The notes below the pieces were generated by a model. That model was not told where the DNA came from. It was given only the letters and a program-made list of their open reading frames with translations, and made no database searches. The position numbers and the translations under genes were made by a program. Of a DNA stretch of 64,000 nt, positions 9,410-18,057 are shown in pieces; the first letter of the stretch is position 1, and every line of letters begins with the position of its first letter. Source of the DNA: Eubacteriales bacterium (GTDB lineage: Bacteria; Bacillota; Clostridia; Oscillospirales; CAG-272); assembly GCA_045127455.1 (NCBI GenBank), contig JBGVQK010000026.1, positions 3,066 through 67,065 of the forward strand, given 5' to 3'.

Positions 9410-10912
9410 ATGAAAAAAGCATCAAAGAAAACAACAAAAAAGGTATGGCAAAAAATATTGATCGGTGTTGGCATTTTTGCAGCATCGCTTTTGCTGATCG
9501 TGGTCGGTCTGGCTTTGGCGGGCAACGCCTACGTGGCAAGCAAAAGTGCCGACGATATTCCCAATAAGGTTGAGATAGAGCCCAACGCATACGGCACGGT
9601 CGTTGCCGTTGATCGCGGCTTGTATGATGCAAACGGCAACCGTTTTGACATCAAGGGCATCAACTTTGGCAATCTCTTTATCTCCGAGGGGTGGATGACC
9701 GTCAATTCCATCGGCGCGCTTTACAATGAGGATGGCAGCTTTCAAAGAGTAAACGAGCAAGGCATTGTAGAGGATTACGAGGAAATCTTTCAGGAAGAAT
9801 TCGATGCCATTTTGGCAGAACGCGTGGCAAACGGCGACTTTACCGAGGAGCAGCTTGCGCAAATGCTGGATGCATTCTTCTACGCGTATTGCACCGAGGC
9901 TGATTTCAAGCTGATCAGCGATACGGGGCTCAATACCATTCGTTTGCCCATGTACTACCGTAACTTTATGCAAGGGCCCGACGATGCCCTCACAATGCGC
10001 CCTGATGCGTTCCTCAAGCTGGACTATTTCCTGGAGCTTGCAAAAAAGTACGATCTGAAGGTCATTATTGATATGCACGGTGTGGTTGGCGGTCAATCGG
10101 GCTTTGAGCACAGCGGTACGCGTGATATCGACTTTTGGAAGAATGAGACCTACATTCAATCTATGTGCGAATTGTGGAAGAACATTGCCACCTATTACGT
10201 AGAAGAGCGCCCTGACCTTGCCTCTACCATTTTGGCATACGACCTTGTCAACGAGCCCACCAGCCGCCACGAGGTTGGTACGGGAAAGCTGCAATGGCAG
10301 GTAATGGATAGACTTTACGACGCTATTCGCGAGGTAGATACGCACCACGTTGTTTCCATTGAGGGTGTATGGTATACCGCATCTCTCCCGAACCCCGAAA
10401 AGTACGGTTGGGAAAACGTACTTTATCAATACCATTTCTACAACTGGAACCACGACAAGGGCATTCCCAACGAGCTGTTTTACACCTTGATGAATGCGCT
10501 TTATATGTTCCACGATTACGACGTTCCCAAATTCGTGGGCGAGTTCAGCTTTTTTGGCAACAAGGAAGCTTGGAATAAGTATTTGCACCAATACGATGAG
10601 CTTGGCTGGGGATGGACCGTTTGGAGCTACAAGATCGTCTCGGTTGGTTGGTGGGATAGCTCTTGGGGACTTGTCGTTCACAAGATGAACCTCGAAAATT
10701 CTGCCGATACTCCCATTGAGGATTACAAGCTCAAGCTTGACATTCGTACCGCCTCTTTTGAAGAAATTATGAGCCTTTGGTCGAACGAACAGACCCAATA
10801 CAACGGGCAAGAGGGCACCTACAAGCTCTACGAGGACGGCACGCTCTATCATGTGTTCAAGGAATATTTTGGCGAGGATTGCAAGATCGACACTGCCGAA
10901 ATTGTAAAATAA
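9410..10912 (+). CDS. membrane-anchored glycoside hydrolase family 5 (cellulase/glucanase-like)
   Basis: It has an N-terminal signal-anchor KILIGVGIFAASLLLIVVGLALAG. The acid/base motif is LVNEP and the nucleophile context is VGEFSF, with an (alpha/beta)8-type pattern. Confidence 0.8.
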   Translation: MKKASKKTTKKVWQKILIGVGIFAASLLLIVVGLALAGNAYVASKSADDIPNKVEIEPNAYGTVVAVDRGLYDANGNRFDIKGINFGNLFISEGWMTVNSIGALYNEDGSFQRVNEQGIVEDYEEIFQEEFDAILAERVANGDFTEEQLAQMLDAFFYAYCTEADFKLISDTGLNTIRLPMYYRNFMQGPDDALTMRPDAFLKLDYFLELAKKYDLKVIIDMHGVVGGQSGFEHSGTRDIDFWKNETYIQSMCELWKNIATYYVEERPDLASTILAYDLVNEPTSRHEVGTGKLQWQVMDRLYDAIREVDTHHVVSIEGVWYTASLPNPEKYGWENVLYQYHFYNWNHDKGIPNELFYTLMNALYMFHDYDVPKFVGEFSFFGNKEAWNKYLHQYDELGWGWTVWSYKIVSVGWWDSSWGLVVHKMNLENSADTPIEDYKLKLDIRTASFEEIMSLWSNEQTQYNGQEGTYKLYEDGTLYHVFKEYFGEDCKIDTAEIVK

Positions 10913-10941
10913 TTTGGCATTTTAAAGGTCAGGAAGAAAAT

Positions 10942-11343
10942 ATGAAAAGTACCGAAGTAGTAGCCGCGCTTATTTGGCAGGACGACAAATTTATGATCTG
11001 TCAGCGCCCTGCGCATAAGGCAAGAGGCCTTTTGTGGGAGTTTGTTGGCGGAAAGGTTGAGGCAGGGGAAACAAAAAAGGAAGCTCTTGTGCGCGAATGT
11101 AGCGAGGAGCTTGACGTGCTTCTTTCTGTTGGGGATGTTTTTATGGACGTAACGCATCAATATCCCGATTTGAGAGTGCATCTCACACTTTTCAACGCTA
11201 CCATTGCAAAGGGGGAGCCACAAAAGCTCGAGCACAACGACATCCAATGGATCACCCCGCAAGAAATCCCCAACTACGCATTTTGCCCGGCAGATAAGGA
11301 GATCCTTGAAAGAATTATCGAAAGGTATGGTAAGACCGTATGA
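10942..11343 (+). CDS. NUDIX hydrolase, MutT / 8-oxo-dGTP diphosphatase-like
   Basis: WEFVGGKVEAGETKKEALVRECSEELDV Nudix box, about 133 aa. Confidence 0.8.
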   Translation: MKSTEVVAALIWQDDKFMICQRPAHKARGLLWEFVGGKVEAGETKKEALVRECSEELDVLLSVGDVFMDVTHQYPDLRVHLTLFNATIAKGEPQKLEHNDIQWITPQEIPNYAFCPADKEILERIIERYGKTV

Positions 11344-12194
11344 ACAAGCTCAAACAAAGCCGCGCGGCAAGCTTTATTGCCGTTGCGCTGGTTTACATAT
11401 TCGCCACCGTTGTGGGTGTAGCCGTTTATCGCACCCTGACGCTTGATTGGTGGCTCTCACTTCTAATTGCAGACGTGGCGGCAACTGTGGCAACCTTTAT
11501 TTTTAGCTTGCTATTTCAAAACGCATCGGTTTACGATCCTTATTGGAGCGTTCAACCGCCCGTTATTTTGGTGGCGTTCGCCATTGGCAAAGAACTGACC
11601 GCCTTTGGCATTCTGCTCCTTGTTGTTGTGTTCTTCTGGGCGATTCGCCTGACTGCAAACTGGGCGTATACCTTTTGGGATCTCAACCATCAGGATTGGC
11701 GCTACACAATGCTAAACGAAAAAACCGGCATCTTTTATCCCGTCATCAATTTTGTGGGCATTCACATGGTGCCAACTCTTGTAGTGTACGGCTGCATTTT
11801 GCCGGCGGTGTACGCTGTTCGACAAGGGCTTGAAGCCAACGTTGCAAGCGTGTTGTTCCTTTGCCTCTCGCTTGGTGCGGCAGTTATGCAAGGCGTTGCC
11901 GATATCGAAATGCACCAATACCGCAAGAACCGAGAGGGCGCGTTTATCCGCAAAGGACTTTGGAAATATTCTCGCCATCCCAACTATCTTGGCGAAATTT
12001 TGATGTGGTGGGGCGTTGCCTTGTCCGTCATTTGTGCAGCACCGAGCGCGTATTATCTTGCGGCGGGAGCCCTTGCCAACACGGTCTTGTTCTTTGCCGT
12101 CAGCATTCCAATGGCAGACGGTAGACAATCGCGCAAGGAAGGCTTTGCCGAATACAAAAAGCAGACGAGAATGTTGTTGCCTATCAAAAAATAA
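11340..12194 (+). CDS. DUF1295 / steroid-5-alpha-reductase-like membrane protein
   Basis: Polytopic, with a C-terminal YSRHPNYLGEILMWWG motif. Its start overlaps the preceding stop (ATGA). Confidence 0.7.
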   Translation: MNKLKQSRAASFIAVALVYIFATVVGVAVYRTLTLDWWLSLLIADVAATVATFIFSLLFQNASVYDPYWSVQPPVILVAFAIGKELTAFGILLLVVVFFWAIRLTANWAYTFWDLNHQDWRYTMLNEKTGIFYPVINFVGIHMVPTLVVYGCILPAVYAVRQGLEANVASVLFLCLSLGAAVMQGVADIEMHQYRKNREGAFIRKGLWKYSRHPNYLGEILMWWGVALSVICAAPSAYYLAAGALANTVLFFAVSIPMADGRQSRKEGFAEYKKQTRMLLPIKK

Positions 12195-12203
12195 GAGGTA
12201 CGT

Positions 12204-13232
12204 ATGAGCGAAAACGAAGCAACGCGCAAACGTTTGATTGAACATTATAACGCCTATCCAAGCCTGCAAGCAGAAGATATCTTCAAATATCTTTTTCAAA
12301 GCGCGTTTGGTTGCGAGCACTTGGTGTCGAATGAAGAAGCAGCACGCACATACATCAAGCGCGAATACGAAACGGTATCCAAAACCGCAGAACCCTATAT
12401 TGAGCCTCTTGATGGGGAATATAGCCGCGTGTACCTCTCCTATTTGAACGCGGGGCTCTCACCCGAAGCGCTTGCAAAACTGTTTTGCCTTTCCGCCAAA
12501 AAAGAAGAGGGCGGCAAAGCGGCTCTGGAACAAAAAATAGAGGTTGCCAAAAGTCTCGTTGCGAGCGGTGCATTGCCACTTGATGGTAACGAATTTGAGC
12601 AAAAGCTCGCTACGTGGAAGAGTTTGGGCTATCCCGCAGTGCATCACTCCGAGGCGTTCCGCACCGCCTACAAGCCAGCCTACCGCGTAATTGCCAACCG
12701 ATACGCAGAGCTTTTGCCATTCCTTGCAAAAATGCAGACAATGAAGAAAATCATCGTCATCGGCTGCCCGGGGAGCGGGAAAAGTACGTTTGCAAGGACG
12801 TTGCATCAAAAAACAAATATTCCGTTGTATCATTTGGATATGATGTATTGGAATGAAGATAAAACGACGGTTCCCAAGAGCGTTTTTCTCGAGCGTTTGG
12901 GCGCCGTTCTTAAAACAGACGCGTGGATCATTGATGGCAATTACGGCTCCACAATGGAGTTGCGGCTCGCGGCTTGTGATACGGTGATCTTCCTTGATTA
13001 TCCACTTGAGATTTGCCTTGATGGCATCAAGGAGCGACAAGGGAAGCCCCGTGCGGATATGCCGTGGATCGAAACCGAAGAGGATGCCGAATTTATCGAA
13101 TTTATCAAAAACTATAACGAGCAGCAAAAGCCGAAGGTGCTGGAGCTGTTCGAACAATATAAGGATAAAAACATCATCGTTTTTACAAACCGCGAGCAAG
13201 CAAATACCTTTTTAGAGGGAATTATATTATGA
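12204..13232 (+). CDS. fusion protein: unknown N-terminal domain plus P-loop NTPase (adenylate-kinase / topology-modulation-like)
   Basis: Residues about 185-342 carry Walker A GCPGSGKST and a small nucleoside-kinase-like fold pattern. Residues 1-180 (DIFKYLFQSAFGCEHLV...) were not recognised. Confidence 0.6.
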   Translation: MSENEATRKRLIEHYNAYPSLQAEDIFKYLFQSAFGCEHLVSNEEAARTYIKREYETVSKTAEPYIEPLDGEYSRVYLSYLNAGLSPEALAKLFCLSAKKEEGGKAALEQKIEVAKSLVASGALPLDGNEFEQKLATWKSLGYPAVHHSEAFRTAYKPAYRVIANRYAELLPFLAKMQTMKKIIVIGCPGSGKSTFARTLHQKTNIPLYHLDMMYWNEDKTTVPKSVFLERLGAVLKTDAWIIDGNYGSTMELRLAACDTVIFLDYPLEICLDGIKERQGKPRADMPWIETEEDAEFIEFIKNYNEQQKPKVLELFEQYKDKNIIVFTNREQANTFLEGIIL

Positions 13233-13837
13233 TTTTTGACACCAACCAACTGCAATGGACAAGAGAACCTGCAAACTATACCATTTCTGCCGATAAAATT
13301 GAGATCACAACAGCTCCGCACACCGATCTTTGGCAGCGGACGTACTATCATTTCAGGAATGACAACGCTCCTGTGTTACAGATGGAGACCGAGGAAAAAT
13401 TCTTCTCGTTCACCATTAAAACGGCATTCCAAAGCCGACACCGCTTTGACCAATGCGGCATTGTGATGTATCTCGATAGCGAAAATTGGCTCAAGGCATC
13501 TATCGAGTACGAGAACGATACATTCGGTCACCTTGGCAGCGTGGTCACAAACAACGGCTACTCCGATTGGGCAACCACCGAAATTGATGCGAGCATCAAG
13601 TCAATGTGGTATCGCCTCAGCCGCCGCGAGGATGATTATTTGATTGAGTGCTCCGAGGATGGCGTTACCTTCAAGCAAATGCGCGTTTGCCATTTGTGGC
13701 AGGGAAGTGGAAAGATCCGTTTTGGCATTTACGCGTGCAGCCCCGAGGAGTCATCCTTTAAGGCGACTTTTACCGATATGCAAATGACCGAATGCAAATG
13801 GCGCGCACACGAAGGGCAGCAGCCGGATGCGCAATAA
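13229..13837 (+). CDS. DUF1349-family protein (concanavalin-A-like fold, Ree1-like)
   Basis: The LQWTREP...TAPHTDLWQRTYY N-terminus and size are typical of DUF1349. Its start overlaps the upstream stop. Confidence 0.6.
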   Translation: MIFDTNQLQWTREPANYTISADKIEITTAPHTDLWQRTYYHFRNDNAPVLQMETEEKFFSFTIKTAFQSRHRFDQCGIVMYLDSENWLKASIEYENDTFGHLGSVVTNNGYSDWATTEIDASIKSMWYRLSRREDDYLIECSEDGVTFKQMRVCHLWQGSGKIRFGIYACSPEESSFKATFTDMQMTECKWRAHEGQQPDAQ

Positions 13838-13873
13838 TATTTCATCAAAAAGCTCTTTGGGAGGCTTTCCATT

Positions 13874-14614
13874 ATGAATGTTTTGAAAAAACTGTTTGAA
13901 AAAAGCCAAATTTGGTTTGCCGTTGCGTGGATCATAGTATACTGTGTGCTAATGTCGGTGGGCGATACGCTTTCGACATTGTTGGGGCTCCAAAAATCGG
14001 TCACTCTCGCGGTGGGCATTTTGATGTCCTGCGTTCTGTTTTTCTTTTTGAAAAAGAACGATCTTTTAAAAGCATACGGTTTTTGCCGTTCCGAGGCGTC
14101 TTTGGCATCTATGCTCTACTACGTTCCCATTCTTGTTATGCTGACCGCAAATTTATGGTATGGCGTAACGCTGAATTACGGCGTGATAGAAACCCTGTTG
14201 TATATTCTTTCTATGTTCTGCGTCGGATTTTTAGAGGAGGTCATCTTCCGCGGCCTGCTCTTTGAGGCAATGAAAAAGGATAGCTTTAAGGCTGCCGTCA
14301 TCGTTTCTGCTGTTACCTTTGGCATAGGGCATATCATCAATCTTTTCAACGGCTCGGGCGCCGATCTGCTGCCCAATTTGTTGCAGGTGATTTACGCTAC
14401 CGCGGCGGGTTTTATGTTTGTAATGATGTATTGCAAAGAAAAAAGTCTGTATTCCTGCATCATTACGCACGGCGTTTTCAATGCGCTCAGCGTTTTTGCA
14501 AACGAGGGGAATGCAACGCCCCAAATGCGTATTCTTTCCTGCATTCTGCTCACCGTTATTACGGGCTCCTACGCGATATACCTCGCGCTGAGATTAAGGA
14601 AGGAGCAAAAATAA
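13874..14614 (+). CDS. CPBP-family intramembrane glutamic endopeptidase
   Basis: Motifs EEVIFRGLL and FGIGH plus a late H...N motif (THGVFN), in a polytopic protein. Confidence 0.85.
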   Translation: MNVLKKLFEKSQIWFAVAWIIVYCVLMSVGDTLSTLLGLQKSVTLAVGILMSCVLFFFLKKNDLLKAYGFCRSEASLASMLYYVPILVMLTANLWYGVTLNYGVIETLLYILSMFCVGFLEEVIFRGLLFEAMKKDSFKAAVIVSAVTFGIGHIINLFNGSGADLLPNLLQVIYATAAGFMFVMMYCKEKSLYSCIITHGVFNALSVFANEGNATPQMRILSCILLTVITGSYAIYLALRLRKEQK

Positions 14615-14675
14615 GATCGAACCTCACGCCGTAGGGAAGGGGAGCATACGCGAAAAAGCCTCCGCGACCGAGCCC

Positions 14676-14705
14676 AAGCAAAAGGGCATTTTGCTTTTGT
14701 TTTTA
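14676..14705 (+). terminator. intrinsic terminator after the CPBP gene
   Basis: aagcaaaa-gggca-ttttgctt followed by a T-run. Confidence 0.65.
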
Positions 14706-14764
14706 GAACCGACGACGAAGCGATTGAAAGTGACGAAAAAACTTTTCTTTTTTTAAAAAAAGGC

Positions 14765-14793
14765 TTGACAAACAAAAAAGTGTGTGCTATAAT
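14765..14793 (+). promoter_or_regulatory. sigma-A promoter of tRNA-Pro, with an upstream A/T block
   Basis: TTGACA, 17-nt spacer (containing TGTG), TATAAT. It is preceded by cttttctttttttaaaaaaagg. Confidence 0.8.
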
Positions 14794-14822
14794 ATTAAGG
14801 TCGACCCGAAGGGGTTGGCGAT

Positions 14823-14898
14823 CTGGGTGTGGCGCAGCTGGTAGCGCGCTACCTTGGGGTGGTAGAGGCCGCAAGTTCAAGTCTTGTCACTCAGACCA
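14823..14898 (+). tRNA. tRNA-Pro (anticodon GGG)
   Basis: Hand-folded cloverleaf: acceptor CTGGGTG/CACTCAG, D stem GCGC/GCGC, anticodon stem CTACC/GGTAG with loop TTGGGGT, T arm GCAAG-TTCAAGT-CTTGT. It has discriminator A and an encoded CCA. Confidence 0.88.
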
Positions 14899-14899
14899 G

Positions 14900-14938
14900 A
14901 AAAGGCAGAATAGACCTTGTGTCTGTTCTGCCTTTTCT
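14900..14938 (+). terminator. intrinsic terminator after tRNA-Pro
   Basis: aaaaggcagaa..ttctgcctttt hairpin followed by a T-run. Confidence 0.75.
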
Positions 14939-15040
14939 TATTTGAATTTCACGACGCAAGACTTCGCAAATGCTATAGCATTTGCTCGTTTTGCGCTATG
15001 CCGTACTGTGAGAAACCGCCAAAACAATGGGCGCAAAACT

Positions 15041-15067
15041 AAGTTCGTAAGCTTGTCACTCAGACCA
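15041..15067 (+). repeat. partial duplicate of the tRNA-Pro 3' half (T-loop plus acceptor plus CCA)
   Basis: aagttcgtaagcttgtcactcagacca compared with the tRNA segment aagttcaagtcttgtcactcagacca. No matching 5' acceptor strand lies upstream, so it is not a complete tRNA. Confidence 0.75.
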
Positions 15068-15116
15068 AATAAAGCCATTGAGCGAAAGCCCAATGGCTTT
15101 ATTTATTTGGTCTGGT
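15062..15116 (+). terminator. long hairpin that incorporates the duplicated tRNA end
   Basis: agaccaaataaagccattg ... caatggctttatttatttggtct. Confidence 0.55.
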
Positions 15117-15192
15117 TCCAATCCTTGTGTATGCTTCGCATACGGCGTCTTGGACGCTCGCGTGGCTCGCTATTCCGTCGCTTCGCTCCTTA

Positions 15193-15203
15193 CACTCAGA
15201 CCA
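15193..15203 (+). repeat. third short copy of the tRNA-Pro 3' end
   Basis: cactcagacca is repeated and again followed by a hairpin (15208-15246) and a T-run. Confidence 0.5.
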
Positions 15204-15376
15204 CCTGGAAAAGCCCTAAAAACATTGGGTTTTCAGGGCTTTCTTTTTGCTTGCTATGCAGTTTTGGGAGGGGTATTACGCAATTTGTTATGCAGATTGG
15301 GTTACGATTATTAGCAAATCTATTTACTTTTTCTCGCATCTATGATATAATAATAAAAAAACTAACGGAGGCGCTT

Positions 15377-17134
15377 ATGAACAAGGAATGGAATTTGGAT
15401 ATTCTCTATTCGGGCTTTGACGACCCGAAATACAACGAGGATACCGAGCTTTTAACAAAGGAAATTGAAGCACTCAACGCTCTCTCGAGCGATATTTCAA
15501 GCATTGAAGGGGGAAAGCTTGTCAGCGAATATATTGCAATAAGCGAAAAATTAAATCTTCTTGCAAGCAAGCTTGGCATTTTTGCAAACCTCAAGTACTC
15601 GGCAAACACAAAAGACTCCGAAGCGGCATCGGCGCTCGGCAGACTTATGGGTCTCTTAAGTGCAACGGCAGCACCGTCGACGAAAATCTCACAGGCTATT
15701 GCAAAGATCGGCAACCTGGATGCTATCATTGCCCAAAACCCTGCACTCAACGAATACAGATATATGCTGAACAATATTCAGCGTGACAGCAAGCATCTGC
15801 TTTCCGACAAAGAGGAGGAGCTGTTTGCCAAAATGAACATCTCGGGAGCGGGAGCCTGGAGCGATCTGCAGAGCAGTCTGACAAGCTCGGTTACCGTAAC
15901 CATCGACGGCAAGGAAATTCCTCTTTCCTCGGCGCGTAATCTTGCTTACTCGCCCGACCCCGAAACGAGAAAAAAGGCGTACGAGGCAGAGCTTGCGTGC
16001 TACGACAAAATTAAGGACTCGGTTGCATTCGCTCTCAACAGCATAAAGTTGCAGGTGCTGAACGAGTGCGAAATGAGAGGGTACGAAAGTCCTCTTGCAA
16101 AAACGCTCTACACCTCAAGAATGAAGAAGGAGACGCTTGACGCACTCCTTTCGGCAATGGAAGAATATATGCCCGTGTTCAGAAAATATCTAAAGGCAAA
16201 GGCAAAGGCGCTCGGTCACAAGGGCGCACTTCCGTGGTATGACCTCTTTGCGCCTATGGGCAAGAATGACAAGAAATACTCGGTAGAGGACGCGAGAAAC
16301 TACCTTTTGAACGTCTTCCGGAAATTTGACGTCGAGCTATACGAAATGGTCAAGTCTGCATTTGATAATGCTTGGATCGATTTCTACCCGAGAGAAGGCA
16401 AGGTTGGGGGTGCCTTTGACTGTGGCGTCCCCTCTGCAAAACAAAGCCGCGTGCTTACAAACTTTGACGGTTCATTCAGTGACGTGGTAACCTTGGCACA
16501 TGAGCTCGGCCATTCCTTCCATGATAGTCAGGTGTTCAAAAACTCAATTTTGAATCAGGATTATTCTATGCCCGTTGCCGAAACGGCATCCACCTTTAAC
16601 GAGGTTCTCGTAATGTCAACGGCAATCAAGGAAGCCGTCGACAAGGATGAAAAGATCGCCCTGATTGAGAGCGAGCTTATGGATGCATGTCAAATCATCT
16701 GTGATATTTACTCAAGATTCACCTTTGAGGCGAGCGTGTTCGAAAACCGCGCAGATGAATTCATGGGCGCAGACCGACTCTCTTCTTTGATGCTCGCGGC
16801 ACAAAAAAAGGCATACGGTGACGGTCTTGATGAGGACTATATGCACCAATATATGTGGCTGTGCAAGGGGCACTACTACAGCGGCGGACTCAGCTTCTAC
16901 AATTTCCCCTATGCTTTTGGCGGTCTCTTTGCAAGAGGACTGTACGCCAAGTATGAGAAGGAGGGCAGGGCATTCGTTGACACCTATAAGGAGATGCTTA
17001 GAGCAACCGCAGTTATGGATATAGAAGACTGTGCTAAAATTGCGGGCATTGACCTCACAAATAAGGAGTTCTGGTGCGAGGGACTTGAGGTTATCAAAAA
17101 AGAGATAGACGAGTTCTGCGAATTGGTTCAGTAA
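15377..17134 (+). CDS. pepF: M3B oligoendopeptidase F family metallopeptidase
   Basis: 585 aa with zinc motif HELGH (TLAHELGHSFHD). The tracked ORF 14765..17134 runs through tRNA-Pro, so the start was trimmed to the ATG at 15377 behind a GGAGG RBS. Confidence 0.9.
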   Translation: MNKEWNLDILYSGFDDPKYNEDTELLTKEIEALNALSSDISSIEGGKLVSEYIAISEKLNLLASKLGIFANLKYSANTKDSEAASALGRLMGLLSATAAPSTKISQAIAKIGNLDAIIAQNPALNEYRYMLNNIQRDSKHLLSDKEEELFAKMNISGAGAWSDLQSSLTSSVTVTIDGKEIPLSSARNLAYSPDPETRKKAYEAELACYDKIKDSVAFALNSIKLQVLNECEMRGYESPLAKTLYTSRMKKETLDALLSAMEEYMPVFRKYLKAKAKALGHKGALPWYDLFAPMGKNDKKYSVEDARNYLLNVFRKFDVELYEMVKSAFDNAWIDFYPREGKVGGAFDCGVPSAKQSRVLTNFDGSFSDVVTLAHELGHSFHDSQVFKNSILNQDYSMPVAETASTFNEVLVMSTAIKEAVDKDEKIALIESELMDACQIICDIYSRFTFEASVFENRADEFMGADRLSSLMLAAQKKAYGDGLDEDYMHQYMWLCKGHYYSGGLSFYNFPYAFGGLFARGLYAKYEKEGRAFVDTYKEMLRATAVMDIEDCAKIAGIDLTNKEFWCEGLEVIKKEIDEFCELVQ

Positions 17135-17222
17135 TTTTCAATTTTGAGCGGTCGGGGGTTCATCTGTAACACAAGCGGTGACAAGATTGTAGAATGAATA
17201 AAAGGATTGGAGAATTGGTATT

Positions 17223-17801
17223 ATGATTATTGCTAAAAAATGTCTTAAGGTTTCATTGAAAACTTTGTTGATAGTTTCGGTCCTCTTTGCCTTGTTCTGC
17301 ACGTCGATGCTATCTTCTTGTTCCCAAACCGAAACATCATATAATGCATCGGATTTTGAGACAATGATTAATGAGGTTTCCGGCGCGAACAATCATTTAC
17401 CTAGTACAGAGCAATTAGGAACTTATGAATCTGTTTTTCTTAATAGCAAGAGAACCAACTATGCTTTATGGGTAATAAACGCACTTTCCTTACACGTAGA
17501 ATACAATGAGGAAAATTTCGAAAAAGAAGTTGCTCAGATCAAAGCGATTTATTCGTTTGTAAATGAAGAAAAAGAAGGATTACGTGATTATTCTGCTTTC
17601 ATTTATGGTTATGAAATTCTAATTGTTGATAAAGCTGAAAGGTTAGAGAGCGATTATTCATATTACTACCCAAAATGCTTTATGATGATTGGTATAAATA
17701 AAGAAAAACATTCTATTGTTTATATGTACCATTATGATATAGATTTGGATGAAATTAAAGATTTAGATGCTTTCGTAAAAAAGTATTACGAACTAAATTA
17801 A
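17223..17801 (+). CDS. orphan lipoprotein, AT-rich gene
   Basis: Signal peptide with lipobox MLSSC. Composition and codon choice are visibly more AT-rich than the flanks. No motif was recognised. Confidence 0.6.
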   Translation: MIIAKKCLKVSLKTLLIVSVLFALFCTSMLSSCSQTETSYNASDFETMINEVSGANNHLPSTEQLGTYESVFLNSKRTNYALWVINALSLHVEYNEENFEKEVAQIKAIYSFVNEEKEGLRDYSAFIYGYEILIVDKAERLESDYSYYYPKCFMMIGINKEKHSIVYMYHYDIDLDEIKDLDAFVKKYYELN

Positions 17802-17809
17802 GTTTTTTA

Positions 17810-17962
17810 TAAGAACAAAGCGTAACTTATGGGATAGAGCATAGACAAAGCATCAATATCCCGCAAAATTGTTCGTGGAGTCACTCGCAATCTGGTTGCA
17901 AGCTCCTTTGAGGTCACGGTTCCGCACATGGCAATAATCTGCACAATGCGCTCCCGAGCAGA
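17810..17962 (-). pseudogene. remnant of an HTH (HTH_11 / DeoR-YafY-like) regulator N-terminus
   Basis: The minus-strand frame reads SARERIVQIIAMCGTVTSKELATRLRVTPRTILRDIDALS and then stops after about 50 codons. There is no ATG at the start of the frame. Full-length relatives are several-fold longer. Confidence 0.5.
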
Positions 17963-17980
17963 AAAAAATCAAGATTTTTC

Positions 17981-18009
17981 TTGACTTGCTTTCAAATATG
18001 TGATATACT
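17981..18009 (+). promoter_or_regulatory. sigma-A promoter of the 7TM-LuxR gene
   Basis: TTGACT, 17-nt spacer, TATACT with an upstream TG. Confidence 0.65.
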
Positions 18010-18057
18010 GTAAAAAAAGTGTTTGTATTAAAAAGTATTTGAAAGGGAGGTGCGGCT

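Noticed and set aside
14899-17134. A genomic island integrated at tRNA-Pro with pepF as its cargo.
   Set aside because: There is no integrase or mobility gene. pepF has backbone-like composition. I did not find a copy of the tRNA 3' end at the far side of the accessory patch near 30.9 kb.
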